Below are positions 39,257 to 48,648 of a stretch of DNA of 64,000 nucleotides, piece by piece. The stretch is taken from the sequence record MT446416.1; one strand, written 5' to 3'. Position 1 is the first letter of the stretch; the number at the start of each line of letters is the position of its first letter. The position numbers and the translations under genes were made by a program. Below the pieces are notes generated by a model. It worked only from the letters and a program-made list of their open reading frames with translations. It ran no database searches and had not been told where the DNA came from.

Positions 39257-41251
39257 TTAATATTTTTTTGTGTATTTTATATTACCAGAGTTGTAAATCT
39301 TATAATATCCCAATACATCACAGCAAATTTGTCTCTCAGTTAAGTTAATATCATGACCTTTCTTGACCAATTTATGTTTTTGACATTTCTGACGTGAAAT
39401 CCTCTCATGTGTTTGTGGGTCATAATAAAAATATCCGGGTTCTGTATAGCTATCAAACTCAAAGCCAAGAACTGTATAAAGATCACCACTACTCCAATCC
39501 ATATCCGCATATGTCAATAATGATTGTGGATTATATACTGTTTCAAAATATTTTAGTAATTTTGATGCACCACCAACAACTGTACCGGATGAACAGTATC
39601 TGATTAATTCATATTCATAGTTTTTATCAAACCTTGATTTACCAAAGGTCATAACTGCAACTAAATCACTTCCATAGTAAAGTCCAATGTGAATACTTGC
39701 TTGTGCAACACCTTGAATATGGTGTGATTTAGTAAACATATTACTTACTTGTTTGTCTATATTTCTAACAGTACATTTTCTAGCATAAATTCTATTTGAC
39801 ACTAGAAGTTTATTCTTTAAACGTTCCTTGATAATTTTATTTGTTAATGGGTTATCCCATTCATCTTCATAAATGTGAATAAGATTCACCCCATGTTTTA
39901 AACAATCCAATACCTTATCTTGATGTTTAGTGGAATTTACATTTTCATCATTATGCCAATACACACCATTAAATTCAATAGCTAGATTACGGTCTGGGAT
40001 ATACACATCCAACTCTTTAGGTTTCAGCACTGAACGGTCGTTTTCTATAATTTGCATATTTTGTATTAATGATTTTATATAATCAACTAAATCTTTCTCT
40101 TTCAATGAATGACCATTATTTTTCTGACACTTACATTTCACTTTATGATTTTTATACTTACTATAAAACAATTCATCACAATACTCACACCAAAATGGGT
40201 ATTCGTCTGTATTAACTTTCATCATTAGGTCGGTGTTTTCAAATAATGGAATATAGTTTTTATCAATATTTGCAACAATGATATTATATCTTTCGTCTAG
40301 ACGAGCAAGTGACATTTTCTCTTTATACTCATCAGTCTGTGAGTAGTGTTCTGAACCATATCTATTTTTTGTGGTTTCTTTCATTTTTTCAATGATAGAA
40401 TTATTTTGGGCTGGGTGTTTTACACCATATCGCTCCACATTGGTATTATGAACTTTTTCCTGAACACTCATATTGCTCATTGGGTAAAATGAATTATACT
40501 TCAACGTGTTGGTGTTTTTTATTTTATCTTGGACAATTTTATTTGATAGTGGATTGCCACCATATCGTTCAAGATTTGTTTTATTGATTTTTTCACGAAT
40601 CGTCGGTGATGATAAAGAATACTCAGCACCGTATCTTAATATATTTGTGTTTTTGGCTTTCTCTTTTACTTCATTTCTTTTGCTTTGGAATTCAACACCA
40701 TACTTTTTTAAATTTGTTGCTTTTACTTTATTGAATATTTCAGAGTTTTGGTTTGGATATTCACAACCATATCGCTCTATATTAGTTTGTTTGATTTTAT
40801 CTTTAGTTTCTGATGTTTGTAAATTAGATGAGACACCATAACGCTCAATGTTAGTTTTTTCTTTCTTTTGTTTTACTTCTTGTATTTGGGACACATTAGA
40901 TACACCATACATATCCATTAATGTTGATTTTGTTTTATTAGTTCGATTTTTATAATACATTTCATGGCATACATTACATGTATTTTTCTTATTAATCACA
41001 TAGTCATCACAAAATTTATAAAATCCTTTTTGGAAATTTTTGTATCTTGCTTTTTTTCCGCAATATGCAGTTGGAACGGTTGTTATATCATTCATGAACA
41101 TATATAGAATTTTATATATTTCGAAATCAGTTTTTGGTTCTATTCCAAAAGTAGAAAGGAGAACCCTCACACGAGAGTCCCCTTTGTATAAATGTACCCA
41201 TGAATTAATATGTTTTGACAACAAAAGTTTTTTTAATTCTTCATTGTTCAT
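39257..41251 (-). mobile_element. Free-standing homing-endonuclease-like gene (23-aa repeats + Vsr/PD-(D/E)xK-type nuclease + C-terminal domain)
   Basis: Nine KxKxTxxx(R/K)YG repeats, Cys-X2-Cys motifs, ELDVYIPDRNLAIEFNGVYWH; more AT-rich than flanks; inserted between conserved genes. Confidence 0.75.
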
Positions 41252-41277
41252 ATAGTTCTCTTTTTAAATGTTTAAAT

Positions 41278-42069
41278 TTATCCGATAATCATTCCAAGTG
41301 GTTCCCCACCATCTTTATATCGCTTCAACTGTTCTTTTAGTTGTTCTTGTAATTGGATACCTTCATTTCTTAATGTATCACCATCCATTGAAAATGTCCC
41401 TTGCGGTCCAGGCAATGAAGCAAACTTAGCACGGTTACGACCAAGCATAATCATTGCTTCAGACAATGCCCAATCACGAAGCCACGGGTAACTTTGCTGA
41501 CGTTGGAATAACAATGGTTCTGGGATGTTATGATATACATGTAATAATACTTCTTCTGTACCACGAATATCACGATCAATAATAAGTTTCTTAGTCATTT
41601 GGTTGAATTGGAATATAATTTCACGTCCAAACATACGACCAACCAATTCTTGAAATTGAAAGCTGAAATCATATGTTGTTAGGTCATATCCACCTGCATT
41701 CCTAGCAGACGTCAATAGATATGTATTTGTGAATGCCAATGAGAATGGGTCTACGCTGTTACCTGACCCAGAACTTAAATAACCATTACCATAACGATAA
41801 ATCTTTTTAACAATTTCTACTTCTGTTGGTAGCATATATACCGATTGTGAATCATAAAATTTCATATTTAAAAATGCTTCTTCTTTAGAAGCAGAACTCC
41901 ACGCTCTGTAATTTGATACAGCATTATCAATTGCAATTTCTAATTGACCATCAGTAATTTCTACCTCAACTGCACCTGCTCCCAACATTTGAGTGATAAC
42001 ATCTTTCAGTTTTTCACGATGATCAAAATTAGGAGCATCTGGGTTTCCACCCATATAATTGTAAGACAT
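41278..42069 (-). CDS. Neck protein / head-tail adaptor (T4 gp13-like)
   Basis: LKDVITQMLGAGAVEVEITDGQLEIAID ... WLRDWALSEAMIMLG..R.KF...PG....DG..L..EG pattern. Confidence 0.85.
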   Translation of the reverse strand: MSYNYMGGNPDAPNFDHREKLKDVITQMLGAGAVEVEITDGQLEIAIDNAVSNYRAWSSASKEEAFLNMKFYDSQSVYMLPTEVEIVKKIYRYGNGYLSSGSGNSVDPFSLAFTNTYLLTSARNAGGYDLTTYDFSFQFQELVGRMFGREIIFQFNQMTKKLIIDRDIRGTEEVLLHVYHNIPEPLLFQRQQSYPWLRDWALSEAMIMLGRNRAKFASLPGPQGTFSMDGDTLRNEGIQLQEQLKEQLKRYKDGGEPLGMIIG

Positions 42070-42117
42070 AAAAAAAGCACCTCATTAATGTTTATATATA
42101 CATTATTTAGAGGTGCT
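42070..42117 (-). promoter_or_regulatory. Terminator-like hairpin containing a late promoter and sequestering the neck-gene SD
   Basis: AGCACCTC-TAAATAATGTATATATAAACATTAAT-GAGGTGCT-TTTTTT-ATG; CTAAATA straddles the 5' arm and loop, SD GAGGT is in the 3' arm. Confidence 0.75.
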
Positions 42118-42122
42118 AATAC

Positions 42123-42350
42123 TTATTTTGAATTATACAAGCAGTACAGGTATACCAACGGAGTAAAATGTTCTGAATCTATAGCATATATTAACTGTGT
42201 AACATATATTCCGTATAAATCTCGACTTTTATCTCGGTACATTAACAATGAATTATTAAAGTATGGGTCAACCCAGTACTTTATATTATTTAACATCAAT
42301 GTATTGTTTCTGTATCCTGATAATTTTAAGCATTTAGCCAACTTTTTCAC
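42123..42350 (-). CDS. Hypothetical protein
   Basis: 75-aa ORF overlapping the upstream stop. Confidence 0.5.
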   Translation of the reverse strand: MKKLAKCLKLSGYRNNTLMLNNIKYWVDPYFNNSLLMYRDKSRDLYGIYVTQLIYAIDSEHFTPLVYLYCLYNSK

Positions 42351-42711
42351 AATTACTTAGTAAGTGTGTGATTACATCGGCAGTGAATGGTCCTAGAACT
42401 AAAACTTCTTCTCCATTACCGAAGATACTCAATGGTACAGATTGTTGTCCTGCTAGATATTCGATTTGTTCTAATTCGAAAATGTCATCAGCAGCATAAA
42501 CAACCTGTTCCATTTCATTATCTTTAATCCATGACTGCCAATGTTCTTTAAACTGCTTCGCTTCGTATTCCAGCACATAGTTAGGTGATTCTGGATTGTA
42601 CTGATGTAGCATTGTCATACCAGCCATGACCAGTTCTTTTGGTGATGGAGTAGAATCTTTCAGTACTACGATAGCTTGGATAGTTTTAACTTTAACGTTT
42701 TGAGCAGCCAT
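42334..42711 (-). CDS. Pth2-fold-like protein (degenerate peptidyl-tRNA hydrolase 2 family?)
   Basis: QAIVVLKD ... W ... QVVYAADDIFEL ... A...VP ... VLGP...VI..LL..CEKV parallels the Pth2 pattern; canonical GKxAAQxxHA and DAGRT motifs absent. Confidence 0.4.
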   Translation of the reverse strand: MAAQNVKVKTIQAIVVLKDSTPSPKELVMAGMTMLHQYNPESPNYVLEYEAKQFKEHWQSWIKDNEMEQVVYAADDIFELEQIEYLAGQQSVPLSIFGNGEEVLVLGPFTADVITHLLSNCEKVG

Positions 42712-42723
42712 TAGATACCTCTA

Positions 42724-43041
42724 TTATAGAATGATTTTGTTATCAGGAACAATCAGTGCTGGTTTTTCTTCGATAGCCTTGATTGCTTCAACATAAGCTT
42801 CAACTAGTGCAGGGTTTGCATCACTGATGCTGATGATGTTGGATTTATAAAAAATAACGCCTTTTTCAGAACTAATGAATTCTAGGTAATCACGTAGAAT
42901 GATTTCACCTTGTTCGTCAGTACCTAGCTGTGCTGGGTAGTTAACTACTACTGCTTCAGGTGCATCATTTTGTAGAATTGCTAGTACTGGGCCAACGCTG
43001 TTGATGTTTAGTAGTTTAACGGTCATAGTCATTTTTGTCAA
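42724..43041 (-). CDS. Small beta-rich protein, possibly Sm-like
   Basis: VVVNYPAQL ... LRDY ... VIFYKSNI ... LVEAY ... LIVP pattern seen in T4-like Sm-like proteins; weak. Confidence 0.35.
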   Translation of the reverse strand: MTKMTMTVKLLNINSVGPVLAILQNDAPEAVVVNYPAQLGTDEQGEIILRDYLEFISSEKGVIFYKSNIISISDANPALVEAYVEAIKAIEEKPALIVPDNKIIL

Positions 43042-43051
43042 GTCCTTTTGT

Positions 43052-43528
43052 TTATTTTATAATGTATAAGTGTTTTTCTGCATTAACCAGTCTGTGGTCA
43101 ATGATTTCTTTGATAACGTTCCAGTTACCACCGCCTAAATCGGCTCCAATTTTCGGGAAGTGTACATGAACAGTGCGTTCAACGTTACATAAGTAATTGA
43201 GTTGTTTGAAAACATCATCGATTGCATCATAACTCACATACTTAGAACCGTCATTACCATAGTACTTTTGGGTAATGCAGTTTGCGATAAGCAAATCATC
43301 ACTTATAGAAGAATATGAAATTTGTCCTGTTCTTAGAAATCCCATTTCCTTTTCATATGCTTTATAATCATCATATGCCATCGGGTAACGATTTCTTAGT
43401 TCTTTTGCAAAACCCGAACCCATCTTACCCTGTGCATTACAACCATGAGCGATTATATGCAACGCGGTTTGATCATCAGTAACAGTGTTGAACAATTCAA
43501 ACAAATTACCTAGGTGTTCATGTATCAT
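43052..43528 (-). CDS. Macrodomain protein (ADP-ribose binding/hydrolase; T4 Tk.4-like)
   Basis: IAHGCNAQGKMGSGFA ... ANCITQ ... FPKIGADLGGGNW. Confidence 0.9.
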   Translation of the reverse strand: MIHEHLGNLFELFNTVTDDQTALHIIAHGCNAQGKMGSGFAKELRNRYPMAYDDYKAYEKEMGFLRTGQISYSSISDDLLIANCITQKYYGNDGSKYVSYDAIDDVFKQLNYLCNVERTVHVHFPKIGADLGGGNWNVIKEIIDHRLVNAEKHLYIIK

Positions 43529-43539
43529 TATATTCTCCG

Positions 43540-43569
43540 AAAAGAAAGGACTCTGTAATCAGAGTCCTT
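43540..43569 (-). terminator. Intrinsic terminator
   Basis: GGACTCT-GATTAC-AGAGTCC-TTTCTTTT. Confidence 0.75.
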
Positions 43570-43579
43570 AATTTATATT

Positions 43580-43822
43580 TTATTCTTCTTCACCGAATCG
43601 AATTTTTTTCAATTCTTTTCGTTGTTTGCGAGCAATGGTACTTTTGTGAAGTCTATTACCACGTTTTGTGTCTTTCGTGATGTACCATGAATCTTCTGGT
43701 GCATTATAATCACAATAACCATCTTCTGTAATCGTCCCTAAGAAAGCAGACTTTTTAGGAATGGATGTTTGAGCTTTAGCAGCGAATTGGCCTTTTGCTA
43801 ATTGTTCACGAAAACTGAGCAT
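43580..43822 (-). CDS. Small basic hypothetical protein
   Basis: ATG 43822 after GGGAG. Confidence 0.6.
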   Translation of the reverse strand: MLSFREQLAKGQFAAKAQTSIPKKSAFLGTITEDGYCDYNAPEDSWYITKDTKRGNRLHKSTIARKQRKELKKIRFGEEE

Positions 43823-43867
43823 AATAGTATCTCCCAAATTGTTACGAAGAACTTGTGTTCTTCATTA

Positions 43868-44110
43868 TTATTTAGGGTTGCTCGAAACCTCTACTGAAGC
43901 GATGAATGCCAAAATATCATCTTTACTGAAAGCTTCAATAATATAAGCAACCGCTTTATCGTACTGTTCTTTCTTAGTAGTGTATTCTTTCATTTTGTGA
44001 ATTTTACGTTGTGCTTTAACTTTTGCAGCTTCCATATCAGGCATTTTAAATTCAACACCCAATGTGTCAGCTAAATGTTTTGCACGAGATGATACTTTAT
44101 CAATATTCAT
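43868..44110 (-). CDS. Hypothetical protein
   Basis: 80-aa ORF coupled to glutaredoxin (TAATG overlap). Confidence 0.6.
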   Translation of the reverse strand: MNIDKVSSRAKHLADTLGVEFKMPDMEAAKVKAQRKIHKMKEYTTKKEQYDKAVAYIIEAFSKDDILAFIASVEVSSNPK

Positions 44111-44358
44111 TAATTCCAGCGACCTTCTTTAAGACCTTCAACGAAACCAGTACAGCCACCTGGAACGTAAACATCGTTTACGAAAATTTGTGGAACCTGT
44201 CGTACTGGCTCGCCACATAGTTCAGATAGTTTAGCACCATCAATACCAGCGGTAACAATATCGATAAACTCCATATCAAATTTGTTATTTTCACATACTG
44301 CTTTTGCAGTGTCGCAGAATTTACAACCAGTAGTGCGACCATAAATTTTAACTTTCAT
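44110..44358 (-). CDS. grx: Glutaredoxin (NrdC/NrdH-like)
   Basis: CKFC active site, VPQIF, GG. Confidence 0.9.
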   Translation of the reverse strand: MKVKIYGRTTGCKFCDTAKAVCENNKFDMEFIDIVTAGIDGAKLSELCGEPVRQVPQIFVNDVYVPGGCTGFVEGLKEGRWN

Positions 44359-44792
44359 TTCTTTTCCCTTTATTTCGTTGAAACATCGTAACAGCCTTTA
44401 TTATACTGTTACACATTCGTTCAGTCAAATACTTTTGACAATCTAGTACATCAATGTACATGAACTTATCCAATTCTGGGTGACTTCTACCATATCGGTT
44501 TGTGTAAGTACTCTTACACTCTAACTCTTCTGGTATAGGCTTATCTTTGGCTGTATAGAAAAATAAAACTAAACGTTTCCCCTTTCTATACGATACATCA
44601 CCAAGAAACAGAAGATCATCTTCATCGATTTCATATCCTGTCTCTTCGTAGCATTCGCGAACAGCAGCCTCTTTAAATGTTTCTGTACCTTCAGTTTTAC
44701 CTTTAGGTAAGTCCCAGTGATTCTGTCCGTGTTGTATGCCCGATAAGTATCTGACCATCACGATAAAATATTATACCACAACTATAACGCAT
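44348..44792 (-). pseudogene. Nudix hydrolase whose N-terminus is separated by a +1 frameshift
   Basis: Nudix box PKGKTEGTETFKEAAVRECYEETG. ATG 44792 reads MRYSCGIIFYRDGQILIGHTT and joins GQNHWDLPKG only if one base near 44730 is removed (span 445 = 148 codons + 1). Confidence 0.75.
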
Positions 44793-44834
44793 AATCTTAT
44801 CTCTTTATCATCAAGTGATGTTCAGATACTAGTA

Positions 44835-44862
44835 ATTATATCAGAAGATGTTAACTTGTCCC
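44835..44862 (-). promoter_or_regulatory. GGGACA-N16-TATAAT promoter
   Basis: Minus strand GGGACA agttaacatcttctga TATAAT upstream of the Nudix-glutaredoxin genes. Confidence 0.65.
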
Positions 44863-44867
44863 AGCTT

Positions 44868-45983
44868 TTAGAACATTTGCTTGATTGCTTCAATACGCAA
44901 TTCAGCAACAAAATCACGAATCTCTGATGTTTGGAGTTCACCATCTTTCACTAACTGCTGAATATCAGGTAATTCAACATCAGTATAACGATCATAAACT
45001 TTAATAATCAAATCTTCAAGATCAGAATCAATTTCTTTGTTCAAAATGAAGTTTTCCAGTACTTTGTAAAGGAAATCTTCGCCACCATTGTTTTTGATAT
45101 TCATCTCCAGTAAGATTTGTCCCATTTCAACGGGGGTCTTCTTACGGAAGGTTTTAATATCTTCACGGAAACGCTTGATGTAATTACTAAACTTCACGTA
45201 CTTAACTGGAACCTTAATAGAACCATTAAGTACTGAATCATTATTTACTTCTTCATTTTCAAGAAGTACTGTCCATAAGAAATATGGTTTATATTCTTCT
45301 GTACAATTTGCAGCGATAGCATCAATTAATTCCAGACGTTTCTTGGTAACTGGAACTGTAGTAAATGCCTTTTCGTAATAACCAAATTGTACCAGAGTTT
45401 TGATAAACTTGGAAGGGTTTTCTTCAGAAAGTGCTTTTTCGAATTCAACAAAAACACGATCTGGAACTAGATGGTCTAGTTCACCAGTACTAACCATATC
45501 TTTACACATTGTCATAGTATCATCATGGATTGTAAAGTCTGAGTAACGTGTAGCGAAACGTGCCAAACGTAGTACACGCAATGGATCTTCTTTAAAGTGT
45601 TCTGATACATGACGAAGTACTTTGTTCTTGATATCAGCTTTCCCGCCATAAGGGTCGATGTGAATCTGGAGTACTGGATCATACGCTATGCTATTTACCG
45701 TAATATCCCTTCTGTATAGATCTTGCTCTAGTGTCACGCCTTTAGTATTCACTTCGAAGCCACCGTAGCCAGTACCAGTTTTACGTTCGGTACGTGCCAA
45801 TGCGTGCTCATTACCCTCTGGACTTAGATACACTGGAAAATCCTTACCTACTTGCTTATAGCCAATACTTTGTAAGTACTTAATATCGGATTCGGTAGCA
45901 CCGACAATGACATAATCTTTGTCTTTTGCACGAATACCCATTAAACGGTCCCTCACATAGCCGCCCACCAAATACTTTTTCAT
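44868..45983 (-). CDS. cca: CCA-adding tRNA nucleotidyltransferase (short form, no clear HD domain)
   Basis: YLVGGYVRD...DKDYV, ALARTERK.G.GY.GF, DLYRRDITVN, DPYGG, EDPLRVLR.ARF. Confidence 0.95.
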   Translation of the reverse strand: MKKYLVGGYVRDRLMGIRAKDKDYVIVGATESDIKYLQSIGYKQVGKDFPVYLSPEGNEHALARTERKTGTGYGGFEVNTKGVTLEQDLYRRDITVNSIAYDPVLQIHIDPYGGKADIKNKVLRHVSEHFKEDPLRVLRLARFATRYSDFTIHDDTMTMCKDMVSTGELDHLVPDRVFVEFEKALSEENPSKFIKTLVQFGYYEKAFTTVPVTKKRLELIDAIAANCTEEYKPYFLWTVLLENEEVNNDSVLNGSIKVPVKYVKFSNYIKRFREDIKTFRKKTPVEMGQILLEMNIKNNGGEDFLYKVLENFILNKEIDSDLEDLIIKVYDRYTDVELPDIQQLVKDGELQTSEIRDFVAELRIEAIKQMF

Positions 45984-47047
45984 AATATACCTTCCTCTGA
46001 AAGATGTTTTTTTAATACAGTTAAGTGGTCTTCATAATATGTTACACGTATTAATTTAATAAAATTCTTTTCACAATATTGTGTCTTTATAGTATCGTTA
46101 TCCTTGATGTTTTTCAATTTATCTTCTCCACCCCAATGAGGTGATTTCTCAAAATGTTGTTTACCATCATACTCAATACAAATATCATAATCAACCAAAT
46201 AAAAATCAAATCTTAATAACATTTTATTTTTACAGTCACTAAATGTTTGTTCTTTATTAAATTTTATACCATTTTCAATTAAAAAACGTGTTATTTCTCT
46301 ACTAGCTCTGGATTCAGTATGTTCAGATGAGCATATTGGGCAACCTTGTTTTTTATTTTTTGCTATATGAAAATTTGGAATGATATAAAAAGAATTATTA
46401 TGTTTTTTACAAATTATTTCAACATGAGTGCTACTATTAATGTAGATGACTTTTGAATAGTCATATACATTACCATGAATTTCTTTTGCTCGTTCAACAA
46501 ATTCAGCGGTGGTGAATGCGTGTGCTAATCTGGTTTTTTCAAATCGACAAATAGAGCAACCCTGACCACTTTGTATATTACTAATTTCCATTTCATCAAC
46601 GTGACCACATTTTAAGCATTTATAAGTTAATTTGGTTCTTTTATCTTTAATTATTGGTTGTTCTAAAAGTAATTCACATTCACCAGTCATTAGACTTTTT
46701 GAAGTCTTATAAAGATAATATCTATAATTTGCATTGTCATATTTCCCAATGATATATTTCATACCTTTCGTTTTTATATCATTTATATTTCTTTTTGTAT
46801 ATATAATACCATCTTTTTCAACAACAGTTCTTGTAAAACTAGATTTCCATTCATCACTTGATGTTATAGCAAATCCTAAAATATTATATCCTTTTTCTAT
46901 TATTTCTTCAAAATGTTCTTTAGGTGTTTTTGATGTTTTAATTAATTTTGGTGATAAATCTTCGGGACGCATCCATTCGAAACGCATACCTAATTCTTCA
47001 TGGAAATATACCTTCTCGTTATTTTCATTAAAATAAAATTTATACAT
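45980..47047 (-). mobile_element. Homing-endonuclease-like gene (Zn ribbons + Vsr/DUF559-type nuclease)
   Basis: CLKCGH, GQGCSIC, IICKKH, QGCPIC and LRFDFYL....IEYDGKQH; AT-rich; abuts cca. Confidence 0.7.
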
Positions 47048-47056
47048 TTTCTAATC

Positions 47057-47179
47057 TTATTCCCCCATCAACCAATCAAGCAAATGTTCCCAGAATCCTT
47101 TAGGCTTATATTCTGGGTATTCATATTCATCAGTTCCTTGTTCGGAAACACCCCAATCTTCTTCTAATACTGTAACCAC
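47057..47179 (-). CDS. Unannotated 40-aa acidic peptide
   Basis: GGAGG SD, GTG start at 47179; MVTVLEEDWGVSEQGTDEYEYPEYKPKGFWEHLLDWLMGE*, filling the gap exactly. Confidence 0.7.
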   Translation of the reverse strand: MVTVLEEDWGVSEQGTDEYEYPEYKPKGFWEHLLDWLMGE

Positions 47180-47190
47180 AATGCCTCCAA

Positions 47191-47613
47191 TTAAATCAAT
47201 CTGTCACGTAGACGGTCGTAATATTTTGCATGTATATCTAGTATACACTGAAATGATGGATAGTCAATACTAAATGTATCATCAATGAACATGTACTGAT
47301 CAAGTGTTTCAGGACCATTATCAACAACTGGCAATGAACCTTCTTTTTTTGACAGTGTGTTCCACATCAACTCACATGTAGTATCGAAAATTGCGTATGT
47401 TAATTCTATCTTACTTTTTCTAAGTGTAATTAATAATTCATCATTCTCTTCTAACGAGTTTCGTATTTTTATACGTACAGTACCCTGAAATTTATTAGTG
47501 GTTAGTACTCTATATTGATTATACGAAATTATACCTCGTATTTCAGTACTGATTTCTTGTTCAGAAAAGAACCTTACTGTACTGTGGAAATTTGGTATTT
47601 TACGAATGTCCAT
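47191..47613 (-). CDS. Hypothetical protein (paralogue family, ...QYxFIDDTF...)
   Basis: C-terminal GSLP...QYMFIDDTF shared with 47600-48013. Confidence 0.65.
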   Translation of the reverse strand: MDIRKIPNFHSTVRFFSEQEISTEIRGIISYNQYRVLTTNKFQGTVRIKIRNSLEENDELLITLRKSKIELTYAIFDTTCELMWNTLSKKEGSLPVVDNGPETLDQYMFIDDTFSIDYPSFQCILDIHAKYYDRLRDRLI

Positions 47614-48013
47614 TCAAATTCCTTTCGTATATATGGTATACGTTCATTATACTATTATATAGATCAAAGTCAAATCCAAATGTGTCATCAATGAACTGAT
47701 ATTGTAGATATTCTTCATATGAAGCATCAATTGGTAATGAGCCATTACGCACATCATCTGATTTAAAATCGTCAATGTATCTTAATGTTATGTCTTCATC
47801 AACCGTGATATCTATCATCAACGTATCGTCACTGTACCATAGGTTGTGTATACGGATGTAAAGTCTCTTAGCACGATTAAACCAAGATACATTGGTATAG
47901 CGATGAAGTTTGTCTAAATTGAAGAAAAAACCTGACTCGTTCTTACTTATGTTTTTAATATGTTCTGCAATCGGTTCAATTATATGAACAATGTTGAATG
48001 TTTTCATAAACAA
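47600..48013 (-). CDS. Hypothetical protein (paralogue family)
   Basis: GSLPIDASYEEYLQYQFIDDTF. Confidence 0.65.
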   Translation of the reverse strand: MFMKTFNIVHIIEPIAEHIKNISKNESGFFFNLDKLHRYTNVSWFNRAKRLYIRIHNLWYSDDTLMIDITVDEDITLRYIDDFKSDDVRNGSLPIDASYEEYLQYQFIDDTFGFDFDLYNSIMNVYHIYERNLNGHS

Positions 48014-48189
48014 ATCTCATAACGGTTTGTGTTTGGATTGTAGCAATAGGTATCATTAATTTTAACACCAGGTTTAAGTGTGATGGTTGTACCTACTTCA
48101 GTACTGGGTTCCGCATCACAGTAAATCATCACACCAACTCCTGCGAGTAAGGCTATGATACATACAATTACACATATGGTATATTCCAT
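48004..48189 (-). CDS. Small membrane protein
   Basis: N-terminal hydrophobic helix TICVIVCIIALLAGVGVMIY; SD GAGG. Confidence 0.6.
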   Translation of the reverse strand: MEYTICVIVCIIALLAGVGVMIYCDAEPSTEVGTTITLKPGVKINDTYCYNPNTNRYEICL

Positions 48190-48202
48190 TTCAATTCCTC
48201 GG

Positions 48203-48595
48203 TTATAAAAAGTAATTGTACATTTTATTGTACAATATAAAAAGGTCTTTCACATTATCATAAGTAATATTAGATACATCATGAATTAATGATAACTGAA
48301 AAAATGATGCTTCGTCTATATCTACTGGGATTATAACATCATCGTCTTCGTCCATTTTATTGGTGTAGTATTTTATGTGATCAGCATTCATCTCAATAGA
48401 GAACGCAAGGTTGGATTTTGTATAATCTTCAATTAATCCGATAAATTTAGATTTTTCATTAATAAAAAATCCAATCCCAAAACAACGGTTATCTGAATAT
48501 GGATAGTACCATCTATTAAAAACTAGGCTTTCAGGTAAATCATCATCATGTGTTGATACGAGAGATTTTACTACATCTACCCAAACATAATTCAT
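48203..48595 (-). CDS. Hypothetical protein (paralogue family, DEASFFQ motif)
   Basis: SD GGAG; C-terminal IPVDIDEASFFQLSLI. Confidence 0.6.
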   Translation of the reverse strand: MNYVWVDVVKSLVSTHDDDLPESLVFNRWYYPYSDNRCFGIGFFINEKSKFIGLIEDYTKSNLAFSIEMNADHIKYYTNKMDEDDDVIIPVDIDEASFFQLSLIHDVSNITYDNVKDLFILYNKMYNYFL

Positions 48596-48610
48596 AATTA
48601 AAACTCCATA

Positions 48611-48640
48611 AGAAAAGGGACAGAATTAATCTGTCCCTTT
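48611..48640 (-). terminator. Intrinsic terminator
   Basis: AAGGGACAGA-TTAAT-TCTGTCCCTT-TTCTT. Confidence 0.85.
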
Positions 48641-48648
48641 ATTATATC

